A DNA stretch of 63,447 nucleotides, filler included, from Candidatus Rokuibacteriota bacterium (GCA_031406795.1; 5 parts of 5 records of this genome joined end to end with filler, not necessarily neighbours in it); one strand, 5' to 3'; shown: positions 53,878 to 62,170, counted from the first letter of the whole stretch. Notes: generated from the sequence alone by a model not told the origin. Made by a program: numbers and translations.

Positions 53878-54396
53878 TCATTTTCCCCCGGCGGGCTTCG
53901 GCGGACGGAGAATCTTCAGGCCAGGGTTGCATTTCAGGCACTGGGATTCCGGGAGCCCGTGCTCGGCGCACCAGTCCTTGGTCGCCTTGAACGCGGGGAT
54001 CAAGGCGGGGTTGCAGCGGGTATCGAGGGACTCGGGGACCTGGTGCTCGCCACACCAATCCTCGTACGAGCCGGCTACGGCTCCCTTCGGCGCATGGGCG
54101 AGTGGGGTCTGCGGCGGAGGTCGGACAATCTTCAATGTCGGATTGCACTTCAGACACTGGGATTCCGGGAGCCCGTGCTCGGGACACCAGTCCCTGGTCG
54201 CCTTGAACGCCGGGATCAAAGCGGGGTTGCAGCGGGTGTCGAGGGACTCGGGCACCTGGTGCTCCCCGCACCAGTCCTCGTAGGATCCGGGCGCGGCCCC
54301 CTGCGGAGCGTGGGCGGCATCGCCGACGGGAGGCGCAGCGAAAGCCGGCTGTGCCATCGCCAGAGAGAGGGCGATCGCGACAATCGTGAAACGCAT
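53878..54396 (-). CDS. Exported Cys/His-repeat protein (2 x 72 aa), putative metal-binding
   Basis: Signal peptide; four DWCxEHxxPES..xxCNP units; 216-nt internal tandem duplication; AAGGAG RBS. Confidence 0.85.
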   Translation of the reverse strand: MRFTIVAIALSLAMAQPAFAAPPVGDAAHAPQGAAPGSYEDWCGEHQVPESLDTRCNPALIPAFKATRDWCPEHGLPESQCLKCNPTLKIVRPPPQTPLAHAPKGAVAGSYEDWCGEHQVPESLDTRCNPALIPAFKATKDWCAEHGLPESQCLKCNPGLKILRPPKPAGGK

Positions 54397-54556
54397 ATTC
54401 GTTCTCCTTCAATCGTGTGAGGCGCGACGGACAAGGGCCGTCAATGTGTGCCGCCCGGGCTCGCGGTCTTGTGCGCCGCTCAGGGATGACGGCGGCCAAG
54501 CAGCGGAAATCGGCGTTCTCTGCGACGCCCGGGAGGGCGAACGGAACCGCGGTGAA

Positions 54557-54861
54557 CTACGCGGTTCGGGGAGGGTGAAAAATGTCGGCGGGGCAGGGTG
54601 AGGTACCGGCGCTCTCCGAAGCGGTAGCGACGGGAAAACCCGGCAGAGCGTACGGCACGAACAGCACCAGCGGCGACAGAGGTTCATTTACCCTGCAGCA
54701 CGCGCACGAGCCGCACTGATCAGGAGCGCCAGATTCCTGCTCGTCCTGGCACCCGTCCGAACAGGCGCCGGCAGGGGAGATCTGGTTGCACCCCTGGGCG
54801 ACCGGAGCGACGCCGATCTGTACACAGAGCAGCAGCAGGAGCAGAAGCAGTGCCGTTCTCA
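54557..54861 (-). CDS. Small exported Cys-rich protein heading the metal-efflux operon
   Basis: MRTALLLLLLLLC..., CSDGC, CGSCACC, C-terminal IFHPPR. TTGACA-N17-TAGATT lies 7 nt upstream. Confidence 0.65.
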
Positions 54862-54922
54862 TCGTGGCAAATCTAGGCGGGCATTGCCTTGTTGTCAAGG
54901 CACAGGCCCGTAATCGAGGACT

Positions 54923-55405
54923 TCACGGCGACGAAGCGGGGGCGCGGGCGCAGCGGAGGGAAAAGCCCCAGCCGGCAATCAGAGCGACGGTCGTGAGCAG
55001 GGCCACGAGTGGTTTGGCCCATGGCAGGAAGGCCGCGCCGAAGAAGCTCAGGTAGACGGCCAGCATGGGAGAGCCGCAGCAGCCGAGCAGATAACATCCC
55101 GCTACGGCGAGCGCGCCGGAGAATGAGACGCTGCCCAGGGCGAGGTTGCGGCTTGCGGCGAGCCGCTGCTCGCGATAGCGCCGCAGCCCTCCGGCGGCGA
55201 AAGCGAGGGAGATGCCGTAGGAATAGCCGAGCCAGTATCCCCCGCCATCGAGATAATCGCGCATCCAGGAGCGGCCCGAGTCCGGCACCTCGGCCCAGCG
55301 GCTCTGGGCCGGGTCCTGTTCCGGAAACAGGCCGAGCCAGACGAAGTGCGTAGTCAGGACCGCGAGGAACACTGCCAACGGGAGCAGGGCGCGCCGGATC
55401 TTCAC
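54923..55405 (-). CDS. Membrane protein with an intramembrane GCYLLGCCGSP motif
   Basis: About four hydrophobic segments; GTG start overlaps the upstream stop. Confidence 0.65.
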   Translation of the reverse strand: MKIRRALLPLAVFLAVLTTHFVWLGLFPEQDPAQSRWAEVPDSGRSWMRDYLDGGGYWLGYSYGISLAFAAGGLRRYREQRLAASRNLALGSVSFSGALAVAGCYLLGCCGSPMLAVYLSFFGAAFLPWAKPLVALLTTVALIAGWGFSLRCARAPASSP

Positions 55406-55812
55406 GGCTTCGCCGTCTCCGGGATCTTCGCCAGTTTTCGCGCGGCGAACAGCATCTTCCCGTTCACCGTCGTGACCTCGCCCTCCACCCGGACGATGTC
55501 GAGAACCGCAGGCATCTCGCCCGCCCAGCGCACGGGCAGCGCCAGCTGGGAACAGGTCACCACCCGGCACTTGCGATATTCCTCCACGTCGATCAGCGCG
55601 AGGGTTTGATCCTTCTTCGAAGCGGTCTTCACCACCCCCTCGACGACCAGGGTCCCGGTATGCTTCTCGGGCTCCCTCATGAACTGATCTACGCCGAGCG
55701 GTGCGACCGGTGTTTGCGGGGCGACCGGGGTCGCCTGTCCGGCATCAGCGCGGGGTGTGCCCACAAGCAGGATGGTGAGAGCCGCGAACGCGAGCAGGTG
55801 CTTTCGGGTCAT
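55402..55812 (-). CDS. Exported OB-fold-like protein with CxxxxC
   Basis: Signal peptide; VEGVV...LIDVEEYRKCRVVTC...VRVEGEV; GGAGG RBS. Confidence 0.65.
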   Translation of the reverse strand: MTRKHLLAFAALTILLVGTPRADAGQATPVAPQTPVAPLGVDQFMREPEKHTGTLVVEGVVKTASKKDQTLALIDVEEYRKCRVVTCSQLALPVRWAGEMPAVLDIVRVEGEVTTVNGKMLFAARKLAKIPETAKP

Positions 55813-55863
55813 GTCGATTCCTCCATTCCGATGAACAGAAGCGCTTCTGGCGGAAGTTCTCTT

Positions 55864-55955
55864 CCCTTCGGCCAGCAGATGCGCCAGCACCTCCTTGTTG
55901 TCGCCGTGGAAGAGCAGGCCGGAGGGGTGCTCTCGACCTTCTTCTCGTCTGCCAT
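55864..55955 (-). pseudogene. N-terminal remnant of a type III Mod-like DNA methyltransferase
   Basis: GLLFHGDNKEVLAHLLAEG, the segment that precedes IYIDPP in Mod proteins. Preceded out of frame by RBS-ATG (MADEKK). Confidence 0.6.
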
Positions 55956-56031
55956 CGGCTGCTTCCTCAATGTGCGTGAAGTTTCATTGCCGGCACGCTA
56001 TGTAACTCAGTAGATAGATAGTAACATACAA

Positions 56032-57216
56032 TCATCGCTGTGTGCCTCGCGTCTCGGAGACGATCTTCAGGATCTCCTCGGCGAGAAAGACTTGGTTCCT
56101 CCGCCGATCGGTGATCTCGCGGACGATCTTCAGCCCCACGAGCTTGCGCAGCGATTTCATGGCCGCCTGATGGGTGACGTCGAAGCGCCGGGCGACCTGC
56201 GTCGCCGAGAGCGTCGGGTTCTCGAAGAGGGCATCGACGATACCGAGCGGCAGGGCCGTCGTCCGCTTCAGACGTTGCAACCGGGTGCGCCACGCGGTCT
56301 GGAGATCCTGCAACTGTCCCGCCCGGGCGATGGCGTCGCGCGACTGCTCGGTCACCCCTTCGAGGAAGAAGACCGCCCACTCCGCCCAGGCGCCGCTGCG
56401 GCTCACCGCCGCGAGCCGGTTGTAGTACTCGTCCCGGTGTCGCTCGAAGTAGACGCTGAGATAGAGCAGCGGCAGGCCGAGCAGGTTCCAGGAGGTCAGC
56501 AGCAGCGGGATGAGGAGGCGTCCGATGCGGCCGTTGCCGTCGAGGAACGGGTGGATGGCCTCGAACTGATAGTGGATGAACGCCAGACGCAGCAGCGGCG
56601 GGTGGCCGTTCTCCGCATGCAGGTACTTCTCGAAGGCGCCGAGCGCGTCGTTCATCTCGGGAGCCGGCGGGGGGACAAAGGCGGCCTCGTTCAGGGTGCA
56701 GCCGGGTCGGCCGATCCAGTTCTGGGAGCGGCGGAACTCGCCGGGCGTCGCCCGGTCCCCGCGGACGCCCTTCATCAGCCGCTCGTGCAGCTCGCGGATC
56801 AGGCGCAGGCTCACCGGGAAGGTCTTCATCCGCTTGATGCCGTACTCCAGGGCGGTGACGTAGTTGTGCACCTCCCGCACGTCGGCCTCGGGCGGGGCGG
56901 ACCGGACGCCCGGCTGGCCCGCCTCGAAGGCGTAGAGGTCGGCGATGTTCGACTGCGTTCCCTCGATGCGTGAGGAGAGGACGGCCTCGCGGCGGATGTA
57001 CGGGCGGACCAGGAGTTGCGGGTTGGCGAGGGCTCGGCCGAGGCCGGCCAGTTCGCCCAGGGCGCGGTCGGCCTCGGAAAGCGCGCGAACGAGTGCGGGA
57101 CTGAACGGCAGGTCAGGCGGGAGCAGTTGCGGGACGAAGGCCCGGTAGGCGGCCGCGCCGGAGCCGACCTTCAGCAGGCGGCCGGAGGGGCTCTTCCGGA
57201 AGTCGTCCATGCTCAT
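56032..57216 (-). CDS. Fic-family protein with a C-terminal HTH
   Basis: EAVLSSRIEGT (inhibitory-helix region), FEAIHPFLDGNGRIGR. Confidence 0.93.
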   Translation of the reverse strand: MSMDDFRKSPSGRLLKVGSGAAAYRAFVPQLLPPDLPFSPALVRALSEADRALGELAGLGRALANPQLLVRPYIRREAVLSSRIEGTQSNIADLYAFEAGQPGVRSAPPEADVREVHNYVTALEYGIKRMKTFPVSLRLIRELHERLMKGVRGDRATPGEFRRSQNWIGRPGCTLNEAAFVPPPAPEMNDALGAFEKYLHAENGHPPLLRLAFIHYQFEAIHPFLDGNGRIGRLLIPLLLTSWNLLGLPLLYLSVYFERHRDEYYNRLAAVSRSGAWAEWAVFFLEGVTEQSRDAIARAGQLQDLQTAWRTRLQRLKRTTALPLGIVDALFENPTLSATQVARRFDVTHQAAMKSLRKLVGLKIVREITDRRRNQVFLAEEILKIVSETRGTQR

Positions 57217-57362
57217 GAGCGGGAGCGGCCATCCTTGCGGCGGATCACGAAATCCGGCGTGTAGCGGTGCCAGTCATTGTCCTCGCCCTTGTAATCCACG
57301 AAGAAATCGGTCTGCCGGGGATTGGTGAGGGCGCTGGTGAAGTAGATGTCCTCGATCTGGCG
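57213..57362 (-). pseudogene. Remnant of a type III Res-like nuclease domain
   Basis: IEDIYFTSALTNPRQTDFFVDYKGEDNDWHRYTPDFVIRRKDGR, truncated before the ExK motif; its stop overlaps the fic start. Confidence 0.6.
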
Positions 57363-57442
57363 GCGAGTTGGGGGTGCAGGATGGCGAACATGCCTGGCAG
57401 TCTACGACAGACATGTAACTGCTGAAAGAGAAAAACACATTA

Positions 57443-57528
57443 CGAAGCTGGTCGGCGGCGTGGCGCTGCTGCGCTGCGTGGCGGTTTTGGGCGAGATGAA
57501 GCTCGAGGGCGACCAGGCGGTGGGCGTG
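57443..57528 (+). pseudogene. Internally deleted groEL fragment
   Basis: [28 protein letters not shown] matches two separate segments of the contig-3 groEL, joined at the shared ggcggcgtggcg. Confidence 0.85.
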
Positions 57529-57646
57529 ACGATGCCTGCAGGGAGTCGGACAACCGGCTGAACAATAGTCTCCAAGTCTTGCAGAATAGTCGCCAGTTCG
57601 CTGTCCTCGCGTCGCATGAAAGGCCTGAAAACAGACGATTGTCGAA

Positions 57647-57662
57647 TGGCATGCGCCTTGCA
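57647..57662 (+). promoter_or_regulatory. Sigma54 (-24/-12) promoter
   Basis: TGGCATGCGCCTTGCA fits TGGCA-N6-TTGCA, about 105 nt upstream of the 57767 ATG. Confidence 0.75.
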
Positions 57663-57766
57663 TTTCACATGCGTAGCAGAGGGAGCATAACAAGGAAAGA
57701 ATGTCGCCAAGCTCGAAACGAGGATCGAACCGAGAACTCCACGAACAACGAAAGGAAAGGAAGGAA

Positions 57767-58297
57767 ATGTCCACCAAGCTCAATCGGACGCTGACCCTGG
57801 CCGCGCTGTTCACCTTCGCAACCGTCCCGTTCGCCGCCGCGATGGACCACCGTTCGATGGGCCACGGCTCCCCGGGCGCCGCGGCCGGGATGCACGGCGC
57901 AGCGCCGCAGGCCGGTGCCGCCGCGCAGCCCGCGCGCCACGGCATCGAGATCCGCAAGGCCGTCGTTTCCGGCCACACGCTCGCCTACAACCTGATCGAC
58001 ATGAAGCAGATGATGGCCTCCAGCTCGATGCCGATGACCCACGGCGGCGAGAGGATGAAGTCCCACCACCTGATGGTCTACCCGGTCGGACCCGACGGCA
58101 AGCCGGCGACCGACGGGAAGGCTGGCTACCTCGTGGTCCAGCCGGACAAAGCCGAGACCAAGGCGATGGCGATGCTGATGGAAGACGGCTTCGGCGCGGA
58201 TCTGGATCTGGTGACCAAGGGCGAATACAGGATCACGACCAAGGTCGCCCTCGGGGGCACCACCCTCGTGGACGAATTCGTCTACACGGTGAAGTGA
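57767..58297 (+). CDS. Exported His/Met-rich putative copper-binding protein
   Basis: Signal peptide; MDHRSMGH, MKQMMASSSMPMTH, MKSHHLMV. Confidence 0.75.
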   Translation: MSTKLNRTLTLAALFTFATVPFAAAMDHRSMGHGSPGAAAGMHGAAPQAGAAAQPARHGIEIRKAVVSGHTLAYNLIDMKQMMASSSMPMTHGGERMKSHHLMVYPVGPDGKPATDGKAGYLVVQPDKAETKAMAMLMEDGFGADLDLVTKGEYRITTKVALGGTTLVDEFVYTVK

Positions 58298-58455
58298 GGC
58301 TCAGTGCAAACGGCGCATTACCCCAGACGCTCTGAGCGGTGATGAAGGAGACGAGACCATGAGTTCCGCAGTCCTCCTGAATGAGGAACGGACCGGAAAT
58401 GATTGTCCAGACGAAGGACGAAAGCAGCCACCACCACGAGAAGAAGGAGACGACC

Positions 58456-58548
58456 ATGAAGACGAAGATGACGGTCGTCAATGGCTTGGAAGCGGACAAC
58501 CCGAAGCTGGTGGTCGAGGTGATCGCCACGGATCTGGAGTCGTTGTGA
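58456..58548 (+). CDS. Possible 30-aa small ORF
   Basis: AAGGAG RBS, then MKTKMTVVNGLEADNPKLVVEVIATDLESL*. Confidence 0.3.
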   Translation: MKTKMTVVNGLEADNPKLVVEVIATDLESL

Positions 58549-58592
58549 TGCGACGGTTGATCTCGTACACACGTTGTCGAAAGGAGATCGAT

Positions 58593-59033
58593 ATGAAAAG
58601 GATAGTGGCGTTACTGGTGGCGATCATCTGCCTGAACACGTCTGGAGCATTCGCCCAGATGATGCCGCAAGGTGGGATGGGCGGCGGGCAGGGGCAGGAG
58701 CATACCGGCGGTGGAATGATGGGATCCCAGCCGTCCTCACAGATGATGGGCGGGCAGGCGATGATGCAACAGGACATGATGCGGGACCTGATGGGGATGA
58801 TGGGTCAGATGGACCAGGTCATGCAGAAGATGTCCCGCGGCATGGAAGGGCAGATGCCCATGGACCGGATGCAGCAGATGTCCAGAGGGATGGCCGAGAT
58901 GTCGGTCACCATGAATGAAATGTCCGGTCAGATGGCCAAAGGGAGCATGGATCCCGCCATGATGAAGGGGATGCAGGAGCGGATGAAGAACCTGAACCAG
59001 ATGATGGACGGTATGGGCAAGCAGGGGCAGTGA
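58593..59033 (+). CDS. Extremely Met-rich exported protein (putative Cu(I)/Ag(I) buffer)
   Basis: Signal peptide; 36 Met in 146 aa by manual count; AAGGAG RBS. Confidence 0.75.
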   Translation: MKRIVALLVAIICLNTSGAFAQMMPQGGMGGGQGQEHTGGGMMGSQPSSQMMGGQAMMQQDMMRDLMGMMGQMDQVMQKMSRGMEGQMPMDRMQQMSRGMAEMSVTMNEMSGQMAKGSMDPAMMKGMQERMKNLNQMMDGMGKQGQ

Positions 59034-59782
59034 TGGCGCTCTCCAGGATAGGAGTTCCGATCGCCCTCGCGGCATTGCTCGTGTTCTGGGGGATGCTTGC
59101 GCCCGGCGCGGTGCGGGCGCTGGACGGCCGCGGCTATCTGGAACTCGATGCGGGGTACAAGACCGGCGATTTCGGCACCCCGACGAAATCCAGCCTCTCC
59201 TCGCTCGCGCCGACGATCGGGTACCTGACGCCGCGGTACAACGCGAGCGTGACCGCTCCGCTGCTATTTCTCACGCGGAAGACGGGTGGATCGAGCACGA
59301 CGGAATTCGGTCTCGGGGACGTCATCCTCAGGGCCGGAGTGATTCTTCTGCCCGAAACCAGCGGCGGATTATCCATCAGCGGTGCCGCCGCGGTGAAACT
59401 GCCGACGGCGGACGAGGTGCGCGGGCTCGGCACGGGTGAGGCGGATTACGGTGGCTTTGTCGGTCTGTACCAGCGCCTTGGGGGGCTGAGGCTGTCCTTG
59501 CGGGGAGGGTATATCATCTCCGGCGATCCCGCGGGGACCACGCTCGACGACATCCCGCTCATCGGTGTCGGCGTCTCGAAGCTCTTCGGCACCACGAACG
59601 TCTTTACGTCACTCGATGGGCGAGGAGCGACTATTCCTGGTGCCAAAGACCCGGTCGAGGCGAGCGCGGGGGCGTTGTTTATGCTCAACAGGGACTATTC
59701 CCTCGCCGCCGGCGTCACTTTCGGCCTGAACGACGGCGGGCCGGCATTCGGGGCAACAATCGGCGTCGTGCGGTGGTTGTAG
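59030..59782 (+). CDS. Outer-membrane beta-barrel transporter-like protein
   Basis: GYKTGDFG, GLGDVILR, VKLPTADEVRGLGTGEADY; amphipathic strands. Confidence 0.7.
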   Translation: MMALSRIGVPIALAALLVFWGMLAPGAVRALDGRGYLELDAGYKTGDFGTPTKSSLSSLAPTIGYLTPRYNASVTAPLLFLTRKTGGSSTTEFGLGDVILRAGVILLPETSGGLSISGAAAVKLPTADEVRGLGTGEADYGGFVGLYQRLGGLRLSLRGGYIISGDPAGTTLDDIPLIGVGVSKLFGTTNVFTSLDGRGATIPGAKDPVEASAGALFMLNRDYSLAAGVTFGLNDGGPAFGATIGVVRWL

Positions 59783-59946
59783 GAGCTCGGGGTTCGTTTG
59801 GCTGCGTACTGAAGAACCTGGAACGGACGTGAGGATTCGGCTACTCAGGGCCGACAGCGGCCGTGGCGGGGTAGAGCGGCGATCGTTTCCTGCGATGCTG
59901 ATGGTGCGAGGGCGCCGTGGCCTCGAAAATCCCCAAAGGTCGATGC

Positions 59947-60087
59947 TCAGGAAACGCCACCCGCGATGGGCTCCGCAATCACCGGCGGCCCGTCCGGCAC
60001 CGCACGGCGGAGTTGGAAGCCCCGCCAGATGACGTAAAACGCCGGGATCACCGCCAGCGTCAGGATGGTCAGCGAGATGAGGCCGCC
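59947..60087 (-). pseudogene. C-terminal remnant of a CusA-type RND permease
   Basis: GGLISLTILTLAVIPAFYVIWRG, the last TM helix of an HME-RND pump; no upstream coding region. Confidence 0.65.
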
Positions 60088-60236
60088 CCGAGCGGCGTCG
60101 CAACGCCTGCGATTCGCTCGAGACGCAGCGCAGGGTCCGGAGCCATCGTGTCTTCTACTATCTGGTCGAGCCGCTGGACCGGGAAGAGGTGCGGGCCGTC
60201 ATCGACGCCGCGGCGCGGAAGCGGGTGAAGTAGTCG

Positions 60237-60647
60237 CTATCGCGCAAACCGCTCCAACTGCCGCACGATGCCCACCAGTTTCTTGAAGTCGCCGGTCTTG
60301 ACGAAGTAGCGGCAGCGGCCGCTGGTGTCGCCGTCACAGATGCCGGCATCGGTCCTGGAGGAGGTCAGAATCGCCACCGGAATGTCGCGCAAGCCTGGAT
60401 CCGCACGCAATTCGGCCAGCACCTCCCAGCCGCCCTTGAGAGGCAGGTTCAAATCGAGGACGATCAAACCCGGCCGCGGCGCCTCGGCATGCGAACCTCT
60501 GCGGCCGAGAAAATCCATTGCCTCTTCGCCGTTCTCGACGACATGCATCCGCGCGTCGATGGCGGCGAACTCGATTGCCTCGGCCAATAACAACACATCG
60601 CCGGGATTATCCTCGACGACCAGCATCACCAGGGTCTCCGGCTTCAT
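60237..60647 (-). CDS. Single-domain response regulator (Rcp1/CheY-like)
   Basis: LVVEDNPGD, PRPGLIVLDLNLP, IPVAILTSS, YFVK. Confidence 0.85.
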   Translation of the reverse strand: MKPETLVMLVVEDNPGDVLLLAEAIEFAAIDARMHVVENGEEAMDFLGRRGSHAEAPRPGLIVLDLNLPLKGGWEVLAELRADPGLRDIPVAILTSSRTDAGICDGDTSGRCRYFVKTGDFKKLVGIVRQLERFAR

Positions 60648-61003
60648 GCGGAAGCTTCTCCCACGCCCTGAAATGTGAAGAAGAACGTCGCCTCTTCCCT
60701 GCTTTGCCTCTTCCCCATGCCGCGGCGGCCCTTCCGACGTTGCCCAGCCGTCATGCCCTCACGCTTTCCGTCGTTCCACGCCGCCACTCCAGACCCGGAA
60801 GCGTCATTGCCGGAATTTGATCTTCAGGTTTTTCAGCGTGGCAGTCAAGGTCAGCCGGGAACACCCCACGGCTACGTCAAAGTCCGTCGGTCTCCCGAGG
60901 CGGCTCGGCGAGCAATGGTGGCACCCACGGGCCCAACCGTACGGCTACGGGGCTGATCCGGGTTGCGAGAGGGGTGCAAGAACGCGGCAGCGGGTGCCTG
61001 AGG

Positions 61004-61103
61004 NNNNNNNNNNNNNNNNNNNNNNNNNNNNNNNNNNNNNNNNNNNNTTAATTAATTAANNNNNNNNNNNNNNNNNNNNNNNNNNNNNNNNNNNNNNNNN
61101 NNN
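61004..61103. other. Artificial contig linker
   Basis: N/TTAATTAATTAA/N. Confidence 0.99.
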
Positions 61104-61115
61104 CGGCCTGCCCCG

Positions 61116-61239
61116 CAGGCGCTGCACCCGGGCCGATCTGCGGCGTTGGGCTTCGCCCTTCGTCACTGCGGCGTACTGTTCGTACGCCTCATTCCTCTGG
61201 GCTCGCCCGCCTTGCACCTGGACCCTTTTGAGCAGCCTG
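61116..61239 (+). mobile_element. Third copy of the MITE-like element (degenerate left end)
   Basis: atctgcggcg...ctgcggcgtactgttcgtacgcctcattcctc...cgcccgccttgcacctggacccttttgagcagcctg. Confidence 0.7.
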
Positions 61240-61265
61240 CCGCTACGCATGATGGGTGGCTTCCG

Positions 61266-62144
61266 GTGACTCGGGTGCGGATCGAAAGCATAGGCGCGAG
61301 CCTGCCGGCGTGGTGGCAGTGGCGCAAGGGCTCGATCGCGCACGCGGTGACGGCGGGACGCCGGTGCCTCGCCGCGTCGCGCCACCGCCCGGCCGCGGTC
61401 GGCGTGCTCGTCAGCGCCGGCGTCTATCGCGACGGGCACGTCGCCGAGCCGGCGATTGCAGCCTACATCCAGCACCGTCTCGGCATCAACATCGAGTTCC
61501 AGGGGCCGGCGACGCTCTCTTTTGACCTGCTCAACGGCGGCTGCGGGATGCTCAACGCCGTGCAGGTCGTCGGCGCGATGCTGCAGACGGGGCCGATCGG
61601 GGCCGGGATGGTCGTCGCCGGAGAGGCGAACAGCGACCGCCGCCCCGACGCCGCGTCGTCGGTTGCGCGCAGCGGGGCGGCGCTGCTGCTCGAGCTCAGC
61701 CCGAGTGGCGCGGGATTCGGGGCCTTCGCGTTTCAAACGCACGAGGAGGACGCCGAATTGTTCACGGCGGTGGTGAGCCTGGCCGAGCCGCGCGGCCGGC
61801 TGCTCATCCGGCGGCAGTCCCGTCTCGAGGAGGCCTGGCTCGGTCACGCGTCCGGGGCGGTCGACGAAGCGCTCGATCGGGAGAGGCTGACGCACGATCA
61901 GATCGACCTGGTCATCCCGGCGCAGATTTCGGCTGGATTTCTGTCGCGCCTGCCGGCGGCGATCGGCGTTCCGGCGGCCAAGGTGGTGGATTACACCGCG
62001 ACCCTGCCAGACACCGGGTCGACGTCGGTCTTTCTCGCCTGGCACCGGCTCTGCGCCGAACGCCCGCCAGCCGCCGGTACCCGGGTGTTGTTCCTCGCGT
62101 TCGGCTCAGGCCTCACCGTCGCCGCCGCAATCTATACGGTCTAG
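61266..62144 (+). CDS. FabH/OleA-like thiolase-fold protein with a degenerate catalytic triad
   Basis: EPAIAAYIQHRLG, SFDLLNGGCGMLNA, VVAGE, IDLVIPAQIS, PDTGSTS, FGSGLT. Confidence 0.75.
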   Translation: MTRVRIESIGASLPAWWQWRKGSIAHAVTAGRRCLAASRHRPAAVGVLVSAGVYRDGHVAEPAIAAYIQHRLGINIEFQGPATLSFDLLNGGCGMLNAVQVVGAMLQTGPIGAGMVVAGEANSDRRPDAASSVARSGAALLLELSPSGAGFGAFAFQTHEEDAELFTAVVSLAEPRGRLLIRRQSRLEEAWLGHASGAVDEALDRERLTHDQIDLVIPAQISAGFLSRLPAAIGVPAAKVVDYTATLPDTGSTSVFLAWHRLCAERPPAAGTRVLFLAFGSGLTVAAAIYTV

Positions 62145-62170
62145 TTGGTTCTCTCAAAACGGCCGGTACG

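Noticed and set aside
60835-60960. Possible c-di-GMP-I riboswitch near the response regulator
   Set aside because: Only a vague resemblance (acgtcaaag...ggtct); no GNRA tetraloop/receptor pattern, and the orientation is opposite to the gene. An Infernal search would settle it.
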